From assembly GCA_947053645.1 (NCBI GenBank), contig CAMRTM010000004.1, positions 1 to 55,676 on the forward strand: 55,676 nt of DNA. Direction: 5' to 3'. Below the pieces are notes generated by a model. That model searched no databases. It worked only from the letters and a program-made list of their open reading frames with translations, and was not told the DNA's origin. Both the position numbers and the translations under genes were made by a program. The stretch is from an uncultured Bacillota bacterium. GTDB taxonomy: Bacteria > Bacillota > Clostridia > Christensenellales > UBA1242. Of this stretch, positions 1 through 9,433 are shown piece by piece. Every line of letters starts with the position of its first letter. The stretch's first letter is position 1.

Positions 1-381
1 AAATCCTGAAATATATTTTTGTTTTATTTCACATTTATTTGTAATTAATTTATCTATTTTTTTATTAATTATTTCCACCCTTTCAACGACACCCAAGTTT
101 ACACCATTTTTGTCGTAGACGGTTTTACCAAGAGGACTCATCTCCCTTTCAAGACTAAGTTCACAATCACTTGCATGATTTACAACAACGCATTCCTCCT
201 TGTAAGAAAGAACCTTTTCTATAGGAAGAAAGAGTTCATTTTCACTTTCCTCATCGATGACAATAAAGCCTTTTAAAAATTTCAACTCATCGTCAAAACA
301 AATATTTAGGATGTAGCCCACCCCTTCCGCTTCGCTTAAAGCAAGAACTTTTTTACCAAAAATCATTTCAAGTTTTTCCAT
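1..381 (-). CDS. PRC-barrel domain protein, partial (runs off the window start)
   Basis: Hand translation from ATG at 381 is open to base 1: MEKLEMIFGKKVLALSEAEGVGYILNICFDDELKFLKGFIV...LGKTVYDKNGVNLGVVERVEI. Contains two PRC-like 'GK.V....G..lG.v' units. Absent from the ORF track. Confidence 0.6.
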   Translation of the reverse strand, partial: MEKLEMIFGKKVLALSEAEGVGYILNICFDDELKFLKGFIVIDEESENELFLPIEKVLSYKEECVVVNHASDCELSLEREMSPLGKTVYDKNGVNLGVVERVEIINKKIDKLITNKCEIKQKYISGF

Positions 382-533
382 AGTATAAAACTATTTGCAT
401 AACGGAATAAATATTTCTCTTTTTTTAAATAAGTCAAAAATCGCTTTTTTTCGCAGATAGACAATCTCTTGTCCATTAATTCCCTTGACTTAAGTTAAAA
501 AAAAGAATAACATAAACTTAAGAGGTTTATGTT

Positions 534-740
534 ATGAAAAAAATTACAAAAAATATGACGGTAGCAAAAGTGCTGGAACTTGACAAATCACTTGCCGATG
601 TCTTTATGGGCTTTGGAATGTTTTGTATCTTTTGCCATTTAAGCGAAGAAGAAACTATTGAACAGGCGTGCAAAGCCCATGAAGTTGATATGGATTTACT
701 TCTTCAAAAACTGAATGAAGAATTAGTTGCCAAAAACTGA
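534..740 (+). CDS. DUF1858 family small Cys-containing protein
   Basis: ITKNMTV...VFMGFGMFCIFC...ETIEQACKAHEVD pattern; SD agagg. Confidence 0.8.
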   Translation: MKKITKNMTVAKVLELDKSLADVFMGFGMFCIFCHLSEEETIEQACKAHEVDMDLLLQKLNEELVAKN

Positions 741-1475
741 TGTATTTTTAATATTCTGTCCATCAATTACATAGGAGCGATAATATCTCATCTTATTTAA
801 ACTATATATACCATTCTCACCAACTATAACATGTTCAGCAAGTTTACTATTATGTAATCTAATAAGTCTTGAAACATGTTTATGTCCCGTCAAATCACTC
901 TCTGACGCCCTAGCAAGTCCCCCTGGATGATTATGTACCATAATCAAAAAAGCAGGTTTTGTGGAAAAAATAAAGTTCGCAATAGCCTCCACCGATATGT
1001 TTACATAATTGAATGGACCTTTCGCAAGTCTAGCTGTGCGAATCCTTTTTCCTGTAGCAGTGAGAGCAATGATATAAAGACCTTCAGTATTATCTATTCT
1101 TGCAAGGTCTTCACAATAATCACACATTGAATATATCTTATTTAAATCTATTCTATCTCCAAGCAGTTCACTTGTATAAAGATGAACTATTTCAGGGAAC
1201 ATCTTCATATACATTGAAGTGCGTTTTCCAATACCGTAAACGGAAGTTAATTCTCCAAGTGAAGCATTCATGCTGTTTGAAACATTTTCAAATTTATCTA
1301 ACAAACGATGTGCCAGTGGATTAGTATCACCTCTTGGAAACAGATAGAAAAGTATAAACTCCATTTGCTGGATTCTACTTACCTTATCAAGCCCGCATTC
1401 ATACACCAAATTTAATAATCTATCTCTATGCCCTTCGTGCATATTCTTTTCATGTTCTAATTCTCTCTTCGGCAT
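723..1475 (-). CDS. radC: RadC-like JAB domain protein
   Basis: HEGHRDRL N-terminus, PRGDTNPLAH, HhH motif (VYGIG), HNHPGG...SESD...HVIVG. Confidence 0.85.
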   Translation of the reverse strand: MPKRELEHEKNMHEGHRDRLLNLVYECGLDKVSRIQQMEFILFYLFPRGDTNPLAHRLLDKFENVSNSMNASLGELTSVYGIGKRTSMYMKMFPEIVHLYTSELLGDRIDLNKIYSMCDYCEDLARIDNTEGLYIIALTATGKRIRTARLAKGPFNYVNISVEAIANFIFSTKPAFLIMVHNHPGGLARASESDLTGHKHVSRLIRLHNSKLAEHVIVGENGIYSLNKMRYYRSYVIDGQNIKNTSVFGN

Positions 1476-1476
1476 A

Positions 1477-2595
1477 TCATTCTTCCTTTAAAAATAGATT
1501 TTCTCTTATCATGTCAAGTAAGTCTTGTTTCCCAAGTTCTGTCTTGGTGGAAACAAGCACTTCGTTTTCCTTCAAAAGTAGCGGTTTTTCTAGTTTATCT
1601 GCCTTATTATAAACCACAATTCTATTCTTAGTGGCTCCAATTGAATCAAGAACCTGATTTGTTACCGCCATATCAAGTTTATATTCTTCCACGCCTTCAA
1701 CAACTTTACTAAGTGAACAATCCACAACATGGAGTAATAGATTTGCTTCTTTAGCCTCTTCAAGCGTTGCCGAAAAAGCGTCCACAAGTTCATGTGGAAG
1801 GTCACTTATAAAGCCCACCGTATCCGTGATGATTGCACCCTCTTTAAGCCCTAAAAATAATTTACGACTTGTTGTGTCTAGAGTAGCAAAAAGTTTATCG
1901 TCCGCATAGACCTTTTCCTTTGTGAGCATATTAATTATTGAACTTTTGCCTGCATTTGTATAACCTACAAGCGCTATTAGAGGCACACCCTCTCTTCCCC
2001 TTCTTGTGACTTCACGCTGAGATTTTATTTTTGACAATTGTCCCTTAAGCATATTCATTTCATTTTCAAGTATTCGGCGATTAAGTTCTAGTTTCGTTTC
2101 ACCTGGGCCACGCATTCCAACGCCACCACTTCCATAACGACCACTTGTACCCTGAATTTCACTTAAGCGAGGGAGGAGATATCTATCTTGTGCATATTTA
2201 ACTTGAAGTTTTGCTTCTCTTGTCTTTGCTCCGCGTGCAAAGATATCTATTATAAGCCCCACCCTATCAACTACTCTTACTCCCAGTGCCGTAGAAATAT
2301 TTTTCATTTGTGATCCGGTAAGAGCATAATCTACGATTGCTACATCGATTTTATCTTCACTTTTTTCGATATAATCCCTTATTTCTTCCAGTTTTCCGCT
2401 GCCTAATACCGTACTCTTACTAAATTCTTTTATATTTTGCGAAAAAGAGCCAAGCACCTTTAAATCGGTGGACTCGGCTAATCTTATAATTTCATTCAAT
2501 TTTCTTTCTTTATTATCAGATTTCTTTGCGCATATTACAATTACTATGCAATTTTCTTGCTCTGATTGTGTGGAATAAACCTTTCTTTCTTTCAT
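1477..2595 (-). CDS. hflX: GTPase HflX
   Basis: GMRGPGETKLE, GYTNAGKS, LFATLD, DTVGFI and NKAD motifs. Confidence 0.95.
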   Translation of the reverse strand: MKERKVYSTQSEQENCIVIVICAKKSDNKERKLNEIIRLAESTDLKVLGSFSQNIKEFSKSTVLGSGKLEEIRDYIEKSEDKIDVAIVDYALTGSQMKNISTALGVRVVDRVGLIIDIFARGAKTREAKLQVKYAQDRYLLPRLSEIQGTSGRYGSGGVGMRGPGETKLELNRRILENEMNMLKGQLSKIKSQREVTRRGREGVPLIALVGYTNAGKSSIINMLTKEKVYADDKLFATLDTTSRKLFLGLKEGAIITDTVGFISDLPHELVDAFSATLEEAKEANLLLHVVDCSLSKVVEGVEEYKLDMAVTNQVLDSIGATKNRIVVYNKADKLEKPLLLKENEVLVSTKTELGKQDLLDMIRENLFLKEE

Positions 2596-2639
2596 GAAGA
2601 TAGTTTAACATAATTTGACGCCTCGACAAAACATTTTGA

Positions 2640-3281
2640 CTAACTTATAGCAATAATCGTTCCATCACTTACACTAAAAATGCAATTATAAACTTTTTCA
2701 TCTCTGCCTACTACTGTAAAGCACCAAAATAGCTCATTAAATTCTGGCGTTTCTTTTCCTAGTACTCTTAAATAGCACTCCGCTTCAAAACTTCGCTTAG
2801 TATAGTTATCCAACTGTTTTTTTAATTCTTGTTTACCTATTTCCAAGGCTTTTTCTTGGTCTATTGCAAACTCACCGCTCTTATTTACAAAGTCGATTGT
2901 ACTTTCACCATAGATGAGAGATATCTTATCTTCGGATTTTAAGGTGCGTTCAAGGTCAAACATATAACTACCTCCCACCATTTCAAGAAGGATATTATGT
3001 TTTTCTTCGTTAATTTTTACAACAGCACTCATACGCATATTTTCATATTGCGTAGAAATATTAAGGCAAACCAGTGCAAAGTCACATTTTTTTTGACTGT
3101 AACCATCTTTAATATACGGCTCTTCACGCTGCCCAACGCTAATACTTGCATAATCACCATTACATTCGCCAACGAAATAAATGTCTGTTATCTCAGACAT
3201 ATTTTCTCTGACATTATCTCGATTTCCACACCCCATTAATATCATTGGTAAAAATAATAACATTACAAAAACTTTTTTCAT
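2640..3281 (-). CDS. Hypothetical lipoprotein
   Basis: Signal peptide with lipobox LMGC. Confidence 0.65.
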   Translation of the reverse strand: MKKVFVMLLFLPMILMGCGNRDNVRENMSEITDIYFVGECNGDYASISVGQREEPYIKDGYSQKKCDFALVCLNISTQYENMRMSAVVKINEEKHNILLEMVGGSYMFDLERTLKSEDKISLIYGESTIDFVNKSGEFAIDQEKALEIGKQELKKQLDNYTKRSFEAECYLRVLGKETPEFNELFWCFTVVGRDEKVYNCIFSVSDGTIIAIS

Positions 3282-3328
3282 GTTTCACCCCAAAACTAAA
3301 ATATGTCTAATGAAGCAAAAAAAGACAA

Positions 3329-3352
3329 AAAATCAGGCATTTGCCTGATTTT
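3329..3352. terminator. Intrinsic terminator after spoIIID
   Basis: Inverted repeat AAAATCAGGCA-TT-TGCCTGATTTT. Confidence 0.7.
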
Positions 3353-3611
3353 AGCACTGTTCCTGTTCTTCAGCAAATTTTTTGCGTGTAGACTCTCCCC
3401 CTCTTAAATGCTTTTCAGCAAAATTTTCATCGAGAATCCGCTTTGTTTCATAGAAGAGAGCGGGATCTATCTTTTGCAGTCTTTTAGATACATCAGTGTG
3501 AATTGTGCTCTTGCTATATCCAAATTCTTTTGCTGTTTCTCTTATCGTTTCATGTGTAGAAGTTATATGATTCGCTACATTACGCACCCTTTCAATTAAA
3601 TAATCTCTCAC
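3351..3611 (-). CDS. spoIIID: Sporulation transcription factor SpoIIID
   Basis: TIRETAKEFGYSKSTIHTDV...KHLRGGEST. Start moved to GTG at 3611 (MRDYLIERV), which has SD GGAGGT. Confidence 0.93.
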   Translation of the reverse strand: MRDYLIERVRNVANHITSTHETIRETAKEFGYSKSTIHTDVSKRLQKIDPALFYETKRILDENFAEKHLRGGESTRKKFAEEQEQC

Positions 3612-3632
3612 AAGTTTTACCTCCACGATAAT

Positions 3633-3661
3633 AACTTATGAGAGATTATCTCCCTTTATGT
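3633..3661 (-). promoter_or_regulatory. Putative sigma-E promoter of spoIIID
   Basis: ACATAAA-N14-CATAAGTT on the minus strand; spoIIID is sigma-E dependent in B. subtilis and Clostridia. Confidence 0.55.
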
Positions 3662-3689
3662 CTGATTTTGTATATAAAAGTCGAATTGA

Positions 3690-3923
3690 TTACTTTTTGT
3701 TTGAATCTATCAACTTAACGATTGCAGGCACTGTCTTGATAGAATCTACCTGATCATCAGGAATACTTAAGCCAAACTCATCTTCAAGCGTCATAAGCAT
3801 TTCGACAACATCAAGTGAGTCTGCACCAAGATCATCCACCACATTTGCATCGTCTGCAATATCATCTGTAGAGATACAAAGTTGCTCAGCAATCAATTTC
3901 TTTACTTTTTCTAATGTGCTCAT
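3690..3923 (-). CDS. acpP: Acyl carrier protein
   Basis: DLGADSLDVVE phosphopantetheine motif; ATG at 3923 with SD GGAGG. Confidence 0.93.
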   Translation of the reverse strand: MSTLEKVKKLIAEQLCISTDDIADDANVVDDLGADSLDVVEMLMTLEDEFGLSIPDDQVDSIKTVPAIVKLIDSNKK

Positions 3924-4066
3924 ATAGTCCTCCAACTATTCATTATTATAACTTAACCCATCCTCGCTTGTCAACAAATTTAACATAAAATTACAACTGA
4001 TTAAATTTTCAACACAAACTTTAATATTTTTTCATTTCTATATAAAAAAATGAACTTAAAGTTCAT

Positions 4067-4639
4067 TTATTTATTTTGTAAATCTAAATAATTATTTGGA
4101 TCTACTTCATCGCCATTAAGTGTCATATAAAAATGCAAATGTTCATTTAAATCTGTTTCAGCGGATGCTGATAAACCAACAGTGCCGAGTTGATCTCCAG
4201 ATTTTACGCTATCGCCAACCTTAACAAGAGCATCTTTATTAAGTGAACAGTAATAACTTACTAGCCCATCTTTATGGGTCACTTCTATGGTATTACCAAT
4301 TAAAGAGTCGTACTCTACCTTTGTGACAGTGCCATCCATGATGCTATAGACTTTATTGCTTTCGCTTGTCATGTCAATTGCAAGATGTGCCTCCCATTGA
4401 TTTAGAGTTTGATTCTCTTGTAAGGCAGTTGACGAGAAGTCTTTAACAATAGTTGGGGTATCCATTGGAAGGGAAACCTTTACATTATTTCCGCCGACAT
4501 CTACGACATCTCTATTCGAGTTTACCACCGCAGTGATTGCAAATGTGAGTGATACAGCCAAAACTACGACTGCTACTCCGATGTAAACGCCAAACCTTTT
4601 AAAGAACTCGACAAATTTGTTTTTCCTTTTTATATTCAT
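4067..4639 (-). CDS. spoIIQ: M23 peptidase, SpoIIQ-like
   Basis: N-terminal TM, HLAID and HLHF zinc motifs, position between a ywmB-like gene and spoIIID; upstream GTATA-N15-GTCAATAAA resembles a sigma-F promoter. Confidence 0.7.
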   Translation of the reverse strand: MNIKRKNKFVEFFKRFGVYIGVAVVVLAVSLTFAITAVVNSNRDVVDVGGNNVKVSLPMDTPTIVKDFSSTALQENQTLNQWEAHLAIDMTSESNKVYSIMDGTVTKVEYDSLIGNTIEVTHKDGLVSYYCSLNKDALVKVGDSVKSGDQLGTVGLSASAETDLNEHLHFYMTLNGDEVDPNNYLDLQNK

Positions 4640-4745
4640 AGACCTTTAACCTCCTAACCCGTTTATTGACATAACTTATAGAATTTATACAGGTAAATTA
4701 AATAATTTTTAAAAAGTTTTTTTTACACTCGATACATTTACAATT

Positions 4746-5198
4746 TTAAAACCCAGTAAGTATCATTGGAAAACCCACCAAAACATTTTCTTCAGAAAAA
4801 GCCACCTGAACATTATATTTTTTGCCATCCACCAACCTAAAGTCACTATATTTACTGCTATAGCCATTGATTATCCTTGTGTTTCCCACTAGATACTCAT
4901 CTGATGAATAATCAAGAAATATATTTAATAATTTGTCTTTGTCACAATCATTATTAAAATACAATACATAACCTTTTATATTATCTAACTTTCCCATTGT
5001 TTCCTTTGCCTCGGAAACACCTACTGTAATATAAACATCATTTCCACTAATCACGGAATTTTCATCCTCCGAATGCGTTAAGTCCGTGACAAAACAAACT
5101 TTTTCAAGCCCTTCAAATTTATATTTATTGGCACCAGTCCCTACTAATATTCCCAAAGCAAGCAAGCCAATCACAAAAAAAGCAACAATTCTTTTCAT
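4746..5198 (-). CDS. YwmB-like protein
   Basis: C-terminal GYS...DGKKYNVQVA...VGFPMILTGF typical of YwmB; synteny with spoIIQ-spoIIID. Confidence 0.65.
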   Translation of the reverse strand: MKRIVAFFVIGLLALGILVGTGANKYKFEGLEKVCFVTDLTHSEDENSVISGNDVYITVGVSEAKETMGKLDNIKGYVLYFNNDCDKDKLLNIFLDYSSDEYLVGNTRIINGYSSKYSDFRLVDGKKYNVQVAFSEENVLVGFPMILTGF

Positions 5199-5259
5199 AA
5201 AGAAATTGTTGCCTTATAGTTAACTTTTAATATTTTTCTTCTAAAAATTTTTGACGATT

Positions 5260-5508
5260 TTAAACGAAAGTGAAGTAAGCACAAATCCCCATTCCAACAA
5301 ATGCTAGGACAGCACCTATAATTAAAAATGTAAGTCTTAGAAAGGGATTTACCCTCTTTTTCCCCTCCTTCACTTGTTGTTTTTCCCTGCTTTGTATGTC
5401 ATTTTGTGGCTGCAATGGCGAATTGACTGGTTGAGAAGGTTGAGGTGGCCTAGGAATATTTGGTCTTGGTGGAGGTGGTGGCGGTACCCGTCTAAAATTA
5501 TCTTCCAT
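5260..5508 (-). CDS. Small proline-rich protein with C-terminal TM helix
   Basis: PPPPPPRP tract, hydrophobic C-terminus, SD AGGAG. Confidence 0.55.
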   Translation of the reverse strand: MEDNFRRVPPPPPPRPNIPRPPQPSQPVNSPLQPQNDIQSREKQQVKEGKKRVNPFLRLTFLIIGAVLAFVGMGICAYFTFV

Positions 5509-5560
5509 GTTTTCTCCTTAATTATCTTAACTAAATTATAAGATAACTTATTTTATTTTG

Positions 5561-6115
5561 TCAAACATTTTGAAGCGGATTAACTCCCCAAAGTCCTTCC
5601 ACATCGGCGTTCGCGTCAAGACCTTCTACCGCAATCGTCATTATATAGTTTTTATTTCCGCGCAAATGACTTCCATCTCCAATCACAAGAGATGAACATA
5701 GTCCTATTTTGCCTTGAGGAATAAGTTTTTCATTAAAATAGTAATACCCATCATCCCCCTTAGTCCAATTATTTGAAGTGACAAATTGCATATCTGCTAT
5801 TGCATTATCAGACATAAAAACATAGACTTTTGCTCTGATATATAGTTCGCTGTCGGTATCCAAATTTTTGATACCTACTATCTGTGATAATTTTTCACCC
5901 TCTAAAAATCCGCCGGAAAATGTAAAAGAAGCTGTGGCAGATTCATTCTTTTTCACACTTATTTCTATATTATTACCAAGTTGCAAGTCGGTTTCTTGGG
6001 TATTACTAGAAGAAAAATACCAACCTGAAATTCCTAAATAAACAGATATTCCGAGCAGTATCACAAGTGAAACACATGCAAAAAGCCAACCATAATTTGA
6101 ATTATTTTTTTTCAT
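5561..6115 (-). CDS. Exported protein resembling SipW-substrate (TasA/BsaA-like) proteins
   Basis: N-terminal TM followed by WYFSS...LG.IEI; later YIRAK and WTKGDDGYYYF. Confidence 0.45.
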   Translation of the reverse strand: MKKNNSNYGWLFACVSLVILLGISVYLGISGWYFSSSNTQETDLQLGNNIEISVKKNESATASFTFSGGFLEGEKLSQIVGIKNLDTDSELYIRAKVYVFMSDNAIADMQFVTSNNWTKGDDGYYYFNEKLIPQGKIGLCSSLVIGDGSHLRGNKNYIMTIAVEGLDANADVEGLWGVNPLQNV

Positions 6116-6160
6116 AATTACCTCTTAAATTAGGTTGGCTTTTATTATTATTTTTATTCC

Positions 6161-7543
6161 TTATAACCTTTGTGATTGCGCCCTTCTACGCTTATTTCTT
6201 TCATTTCTAAATTTATTTATCTGCTCTTGTTTAAATATTCGACTTTCCTCTTCAAGTTGTTCTTTGCGTTTCTGCCATTTATACTTTCTATTACCAAGAC
6301 TGAAATCATAAATTGAAACAGCGCCACCGATAAGAAGAAAACTATAATATGTGAGAAGCCTCCATAATAATAGCGCCCAAACAACCGCACCGCCACCCAC
6401 ACTGGCAAAGGCTGCAGTAAACATAACCTTGAAGGAAATTTCATTCATACCTGAGCCGCCCGGCAGTGGGAAACAACCAGATGCAAGTTCAACCATTATA
6501 CCCATTACGAAATAATTGATAAACTCGCCAGACTGAGGGCCTGCAAACAAGCAAACAATGAAATATGGCATTGCAAACTTAAATATGAATTTTAACAGGT
6601 TTAATCCAAATAAGATTACAAAATCTTTAAAGGATGTCATGTACTGTTTAACTACGCTTTGGAAATCTTCAATATACTTAGAAATCTTAGCGTACTGCTT
6701 TTCATAGTTTTTCACTATTCTCATCTTTTGTAACAGTTTAAGTATTTTCACTACGAGTTTTCTTCCAAGACTTTTACTGATAGACAAAAACGCAACCAAA
6801 AATAGAAGCAAACTTCCGAGAATAAAACCTATTGCCGATACCACTGCAATACCATTGGATGCACTTGGTGAAGATGTAAAGAAAATAATCATACATACAA
6901 AACTTATAACCGTCCACACAATTTGCGAAAAAATGTATTTTGCAAAAGGCACTGCAAGCGAGGTGTGCATTGGAACATCATGCTTTTTAAAATATGTGAT
7001 TTGAAAAGGTTGACCACCAGTGCCAAGAGGTGTAATGGAATCATAATATCTTCCTATTGTATGCACTTTAAAACATAGTCCGAAACGCCATTTACCTATA
7101 GATTTTTTTAATAGATAACTCATCGAAAGTACTTCGGAAAATTGTTCGCCAATAAATAATATCATCAAAACAAATATTGCCCAGCCATGAAGTGGCAAAT
7201 CACCAAGAGGGACAAAGCCTTCTGTGAGAATGTTCCATGTAAGAATACCGGCAAGAATGACAAGGTTTAAAACAAAGAAAAATATATTTGTAAGTTTCTT
7301 CTTTCTGCTACCTTGTTTTGCAACAGACTGCTCTGCTTCATCAAATTTTCCTTTTTGTTCTTTAATAAATTCTTCATTTTCAAGCACAATCTTTCTTTGT
7401 TTGCTTTTTTTAAACTTTTCCTTCCTCTTTACTACAAAATTGACTTCACTAAGTTTTACCAAATTTATTTCTTCACTAGGCAAAGCACCACCCTCTTGAG
7501 TGGCTAAATCTAACTCTTCTACCTTCTTTGCCTTTTTATCCAT
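6161..7543 (-). CDS. Lysylphosphatidylglycerol synthase TM-domain (flippase-like, UPF0104) protein
   Basis: YYDSITPLGTGGQP, PLPGGSG..E and LLWRLLTYY motifs; multiple TM segments. Confidence 0.85.
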   Translation of the reverse strand: MDKKAKKVEELDLATQEGGALPSEEINLVKLSEVNFVVKRKEKFKKSKQRKIVLENEEFIKEQKGKFDEAEQSVAKQGSRKKKLTNIFFFVLNLVILAGILTWNILTEGFVPLGDLPLHGWAIFVLMILFIGEQFSEVLSMSYLLKKSIGKWRFGLCFKVHTIGRYYDSITPLGTGGQPFQITYFKKHDVPMHTSLAVPFAKYIFSQIVWTVISFVCMIIFFTSSPSASNGIAVVSAIGFILGSLLLFLVAFLSISKSLGRKLVVKILKLLQKMRIVKNYEKQYAKISKYIEDFQSVVKQYMTSFKDFVILFGLNLLKFIFKFAMPYFIVCLFAGPQSGEFINYFVMGIMVELASGCFPLPGGSGMNEISFKVMFTAAFASVGGGAVVWALLLWRLLTYYSFLLIGGAVSIYDFSLGNRKYKWQKRKEQLEEESRIFKQEQINKFRNERNKRRRAQSQRL

Positions 7544-7597
7544 GATTATACTATATCAAAATAAAAAGCCCTTGTCAAATATACAAGGGGCTTTTAT

Positions 7598-9370
7598 TTA
7601 TTTTATTAAATCCGCGTATGCACTGCCATAATATGTGATATTATATTGTGCTTTTAGTTCTGCTATATTAAGATTTTGGAACACCGCAAACTTGTCTGTC
7701 ATAAGAGTATCATAAATAACATCAAAGTAAGTTTTTCCAAGGAAACGATTTACATAGGTGGAGTGAAGCACCTCGATTGGTGTAAGACCTTCTTCGTTAG
7801 TTTCGTCGTTTGTAAGTGAAAAGTCTTCATCAATACCTTGGAAGGCATTTTCAAGTTCTCCAACATAGAAAAGTACATGGATTCCGTTTTCAGTTATTAC
7901 TGGAGTGGAAACCGCACCTACCTCCCCTTGCTTATATAGTTCAACCGCCATGTCGGTAAATTCGGCAACATAATTAGAATAAACTTTAAACTCTTCTCCT
8001 TCTTCCGCTTGTGACTTGTTCACGCCGATAGTATAACTATTTTGTGCATTTATCATTCCTGGGTCATCATTATATCTATAAATAAAATCATTGAAAAGTG
8101 TAAATCTGTTTTCTTCTGAACTTGCAAGTTCAACTTCTCTCTTAATATCTGCGGCAAGATCATATGGACTAACCTCTGCTGCAGTGCTATCTACAACATA
8201 CTCGCCTTTGTCATTCTTCTGTCTTATAATTGGCTTAATCTTGCTTGCAAGTAGAGAAAGTGCTTCGTGATATTCATCCTCAGTTTTGAAACCACCATTA
8301 TTCTTTTTATTTATTAACTCTTTATATTCTGCTGACTGTTTTGTTGTATCATCAAATTTGAAAAGTATGTGTGCTACTTGGAAAAATTTAGTATCCTCTT
8401 CCTTTTCACGATAGTAATAAATTTTTGTAGAGTCACTTTGCATATTAGTTTCATAAGAAGAATCATTTTCAGTAACATATTGTGTATAAGAAGCACTAAC
8501 CATTGCGGTATAGAGATTTAACATCTGGTCAATGGTAACAGTGGATTTATGTGTATAGTTTGTGAAATACTCATCATACTTTGAAATTAAATAATTTTCA
8601 TAGCACTGAAGGTAAAGTTTATCTATTTCACGAAGGAAGATAGAAGCAGTATCGGTTGTCAGATTTAATCCCTTCTCATCTGCTTTAAGTGCTTGAAGAT
8701 ATTTATTAAATGCTTTTTTATACGCACTAGAGCCAGACTGATTTACATATGTGAAGAAATTTGTCCAAATTAAATTTTTATCTTCTTCATTGTTAAAATC
8801 ATGAGGTATGTCATATTGAAAACTATCTATTTCTTTAGTAGGAACATCTAATCTAACTATTTCTAGACTACCAGTCACAGCACTTAAGTCTGCTTTTGGG
8901 GTATATCCATCAAATTTTCTTGTATCAGCCGCTGAGGTTGCACCTTGTGAAGTTGCTCCATTGCTGGTACCTAAAATCTTATCAAGTTGTTCTTTAAATT
9001 TGTTTTCAAGTGCATCCGCAGTCTGTTGCCAGATATATGTTTTTTCCTTTTCAGTAAGGTCTGCCTCGAACAACCTCTTAGCTTCACGCACGGTCACTTT
9101 ACGATTTACAAGTAAGTCCAAAGTACTTTTAAGAGCTTCTTCCTCGCTCTGGCCATAGTATTGAGTAAAGTAATATTTATAAGTATCATAGGCTTCAATG
9201 AGTTCTTTTTTCTTGATTTTTACCCTTTCGTTGCTATTCTTATCAACCATAGAAGCTACCGTTTCATTTAAATACTTTTCTCTATTAAGCGTGATAAGAC
9301 CACACCCAGAAAATATCGTGGTGCAGAAAATCATTAAGCATGCAATTAATCCAATCCATCTAGTTTTCAT
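7598..9370 (-). CDS. Large PrsA-like peptidyl-prolyl isomerase lipoprotein
   Basis: Lipobox FSGC, VAHILF, 'S.PV.TE.G.HV' parvulin motifs; directly downstream of mfd, as prsA is in Clostridia. Confidence 0.7.
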   Translation of the reverse strand: MKTRWIGLIACLMIFCTTIFSGCGLITLNREKYLNETVASMVDKNSNERVKIKKKELIEAYDTYKYYFTQYYGQSEEEALKSTLDLLVNRKVTVREAKRLFEADLTEKEKTYIWQQTADALENKFKEQLDKILGTSNGATSQGATSAADTRKFDGYTPKADLSAVTGSLEIVRLDVPTKEIDSFQYDIPHDFNNEEDKNLIWTNFFTYVNQSGSSAYKKAFNKYLQALKADEKGLNLTTDTASIFLREIDKLYLQCYENYLISKYDEYFTNYTHKSTVTIDQMLNLYTAMVSASYTQYVTENDSSYETNMQSDSTKIYYYREKEEDTKFFQVAHILFKFDDTTKQSAEYKELINKKNNGGFKTEDEYHEALSLLASKIKPIIRQKNDKGEYVVDSTAAEVSPYDLAADIKREVELASSEENRFTLFNDFIYRYNDDPGMINAQNSYTIGVNKSQAEEGEEFKVYSNYVAEFTDMAVELYKQGEVGAVSTPVITENGIHVLFYVGELENAFQGIDEDFSLTNDETNEEGLTPIEVLHSTYVNRFLGKTYFDVIYDTLMTDKFAVFQNLNIAELKAQYNITYYGSAYADLIK

Positions 9371-9433
9371 TTTTTCTCCAATCAATTATTCCCATTATAA
9401 TACAATTTAATATTAAATTTCAAGCGTTTTTAT

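Noticed and set aside
497-504. A8/T8 tracts in promoter spacers (also near 51178-51185 and 51549-51556)
   Set aside because: Such tracts are expected by chance in AT-rich DNA, and the spacers are already 16-17 nt.
723-1475. radC as a marker of a mobile element
   Set aside because: It is the full-length chromosomal type, coupled to hflX, with no mobility genes nearby.
3612-3640. spoIIID as another leaderless gene (GTG 3626 is 6 nt from the -10 box)
   Set aside because: Homology and a GGAGGT SD favour the GTG at 3611.
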